Positions 39,245 through 40,827 of a stretch of DNA of 40,827 bases are shown here, in pieces. The notes under the pieces are model-generated. The model was not told the origin of the DNA. It did not search any database and saw only the letters and a list, made by a program, of their open reading frames with translations. Position numbers and translations under genes: made by a program. The first letter of the stretch is position 1. The number at the start of each line of letters is the position of its first letter. The DNA lies in the IMG/VR virus record IMGVR_UViG_3300043640_000296, positions 1-40,827 of that record, one strand, 5' to 3'. This stretch comes from a virus.

Positions 39245-39273
39245 ATAATAGGTAGTATAAAAATAAATGTCAA
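39245..39273 (-). promoter_or_regulatory. Leftward sigma70-like promoter of the HTH/SPFH operon
   Basis: On the minus strand: TTGACA (39273-39268), 17-nt spacer, TATTAT (39250-39245). Confidence 0.55.
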
Positions 39274-39298
39274 CGATTAAATATTACATGGATGTATA

Positions 39299-39325
39299 TT
39301 GACTATTCTTACATGAACGTATAAT
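39299..39325 (+). promoter_or_regulatory. Rightward sigma70-like promoter of the recombination operon
   Basis: TTGACT (39299-39304), 15-nt spacer (short), TATAAT (39320-39325). Back-to-back with the leftward promoter. Confidence 0.4.
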
Positions 39326-39360
39326 ATGTACGAGTAAGTTAATTAATCAGCGAGGTTTTT

Positions 39361-39450
39361 ATGAATGAAGTTTACGAAGAACAAGTTATAATATGTCCCC
39401 TGTGTGATGGATCACATGGTAACAATTCAAATTGTCAAAGGAATGATTGA
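39361..39450 (+). CDS. Small Cys-containing peptide (29 aa)
   Basis: SD GAGG 6 nt upstream. Sequence MNEVYEEQVIICPLCDGSHGNNSNCQRND. Its stop is 1 nt before the next ATG. Confidence 0.4.
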   Translation: MNEVYEEQVIICPLCDGSHGNNSNCQRND

Positions 39451-39451
39451 T

Positions 39452-39808
39452 ATGAACTACGCATATACAATTCCGCATTATCTCTATGAAAAGCCTATTT
39501 ATAGTTATCTCGAAACTCTTATTGATAATGGCTTACATGTTTATGATCTTGATGAAGAAGAAAGAGAAGATCTAGTTGTTCGCATCATACAAGTTCTTGG
39601 CACTGATGCTTATAATGTCATTATTGGTTCAGATGATTTTGATAAAACTCTTAATTATTTCTCTAAATTCTTACAAACAGCAGATCCAAGTGATCTATAT
39701 GATCTTGGCTGTCAAATGCGAGATAACGCACTCGATCATTACAATTACGATCTTGAACAACTCTTTAATGAAATTCTTGAAACTAAAACTAGGGGACAAA
39801 TAGCATGA
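39452..39808 (+). CDS. Acidic early protein (118 aa)
   Basis: Start taken at ATG 39452, SD AAAGGAA. The track ORF starts upstream at 39404. Its stop overlaps the ATPase start. Confidence 0.55.
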   Translation: MNYAYTIPHYLYEKPIYSYLETLIDNGLHVYDLDEEEREDLVVRIIQVLGTDAYNVIIGSDDFDKTLNYFSKFLQTADPSDLYDLGCQMRDNALDHYNYDLEQLFNEILETKTRGQIA

Positions 39809-40740
39809 TGATTCGCAAAGCAGAACGACGACAAGCAAAGTTACGACTAGGTATCTCAGGTGCTTCAGGTAGTGGTAAAACTTGGTCAGCATTAGAAATT
39901 GCAACAGGAATGGGCGGCAAAATCGGTATGATTGATACAGAAGCAGGCCGTGGTGAACTTTACGGGAATGATTTTGAGTATGACATTATACGTTTAGAAG
40001 CGCCTTACAGCGTAGAACGCTACATTGAAGCGATTAAAATGTTTGAAAAAGCAGGTTATGACATTCTCATCATTGATAGCTTGTCTCATGCTTGGGTCGG
40101 GGAAGGTGGAGTTTTATCAGTCGTTGATAAAGCTGGTAATAATAGCTTTACTCAAGGCTGGAAAGCAGGAACACCAAAGCATAATTCTTTGATTGAAGCC
40201 ATGGTCACAAGTTCTCTACATATCATTACAACACTTCGTGTAAAGACTGAGTATGTGGTTGAAAAGAATGATCGAGGCAAAGCTGAACCACGTAAGATCG
40301 GTTTATCACCTGTCCAGCGTGATGGTTTAGAATATGAGTTCACCGTGTTCATGGATATTAGCCAGGAACATACAGCACATGTCACTAAAGATAATACTCA
40401 ATTGTTTGATCAACAGTATTTAAAACCTTCTAAAGCAATGGGTGAAAAGTTAATAAGCTGGTTAAATGAAGGTCTAGATTCTGAAGAAGAGTTTGTGAAT
40501 GTGACTCTTCCTTCATTAATCACCGAGATTGATAGCTGTGAAGATCTTAATTCTTTAAGACTTAAATTCTCTGAGCTTTATCACCTTTATTCAACTGAGT
40601 TTCCCGACAGAATTGAAACTCTCGTTGCGGCAAAAGATAAACGTAAAGAAGAGCTTCTTTCAGAAGAATCTGATTTTGTGACACCTGTTATCAAAACAGG
40701 ATTTAAAAATTCTCAAGCATTAGTTCAGGGGGTTGCGTAA
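39805..40740 (+). CDS. Sak4-like AAA_24 (RecA-fold) recombination ATPase
   Basis: 311 aa. Walker A GISGASGSGKTWS and Walker B ILIIDSLSH, then LHIITTLRVKTEY and GLEYEFTVFMDI, typical of phage Sak4/AAA_24 proteins. Confidence 0.8.
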   Translation: MMIRKAERRQAKLRLGISGASGSGKTWSALEIATGMGGKIGMIDTEAGRGELYGNDFEYDIIRLEAPYSVERYIEAIKMFEKAGYDILIIDSLSHAWVGEGGVLSVVDKAGNNSFTQGWKAGTPKHNSLIEAMVTSSLHIITTLRVKTEYVVEKNDRGKAEPRKIGLSPVQRDGLEYEFTVFMDISQEHTAHVTKDNTQLFDQQYLKPSKAMGEKLISWLNEGLDSEEEFVNVTLPSLITEIDSCEDLNSLRLKFSELYHLYSTEFPDRIETLVAAKDKRKEELLSEESDFVTPVIKTGFKNSQALVQGVA

Positions 40741-40827
40741 TGCATTTATATCAAATAAGCGCCGAATATGCAGAAATTTTAGATAATCTTTATGATGAGG
40801 AGGGCGTCATCAACAATGATGCTCTTA
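40701..40827. repeat. Terminal direct repeat, copy 2 (identical to 1..127)
   Basis: Exact 127-nt match to the window start. It holds the ATPase stop codon and the first 88 nt of the Gp157-like gene again. Confidence 0.95.

Noticed and set aside
1-40827. CRISPR array, diversity-generating retroelement, retron, transposase/IS, integrase or toxin-antitoxin pair.
   Set aside because: There are no spaced direct repeats and no reverse-transcriptase-like or transposase-like ORF. There are no template/variable repeat pairs near the fibre genes. The only integrase similarity is the isolated arm domain at 31364-31864.
1-40827. Stop-codon reassignment or a suppressor tRNA.
   Set aside because: All large structural genes are uninterrupted under the standard code. 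None of the tRNA or tRNA-like anticodons (GUU, UGG, UUG, CAU, UGU, UUG) reads a stop codon.

Overview
The window is a complete phage genome. Bases 1-127 recur exactly at 40701-40827, so the contig closes on itself with about 40.7 kb of unique sequence. It is visibly AT-rich.

The morphogenesis genes follow P22-like podovirus order on the minus strand:
- TerL, then a portal with a long C-terminal coiled-coil and poly-Q tail, scaffold and coat.
- gp4-like and gp10-like adaptors, then three genes the size of P22 ejection proteins.
- Several fibre genes, one ending in a tail-collar motif.

The early regions look lambdoid:
- A Cro/CI-like HTH gene sits beside back-to-back sigma70-like promoters.
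- There are O-like and P-like replication genes and a VRR-NUC nuclease.
- A Sak4-type ATPase, Gp157 and DUF669 recombination set spans the junction.
- A rightward operon carries about 15 small ORFs.

Lysis is a GH108 endolysin plus a holin-like gene. Five canonical tRNAs (Asn, Pro, Gln, Met/Ile-CAU, Thr) lie upstream of terL, together with an Rnl2-like RNA ligase and a metallophosphoesterase. I found no integrase catalytic domain, reverse transcriptase, CRISPR array or stop-codon recoding.

Most worth following up:
1. A six-gene membrane module led by an SPFH/Band-7 lipoprotein, next to the repressor-like gene.
2. The RNA ligase, phosphoesterase and tRNA island that separates terS from terL.
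3. A 560-nt ORF-free structured region holding a type-II tRNA-like element.
4. An integrase arm-binding domain with no recombinase attached.
5. Small proteins carrying CxCxCH motifs.

All family assignments were made by eye from motifs and synteny. None is alignment-verified.
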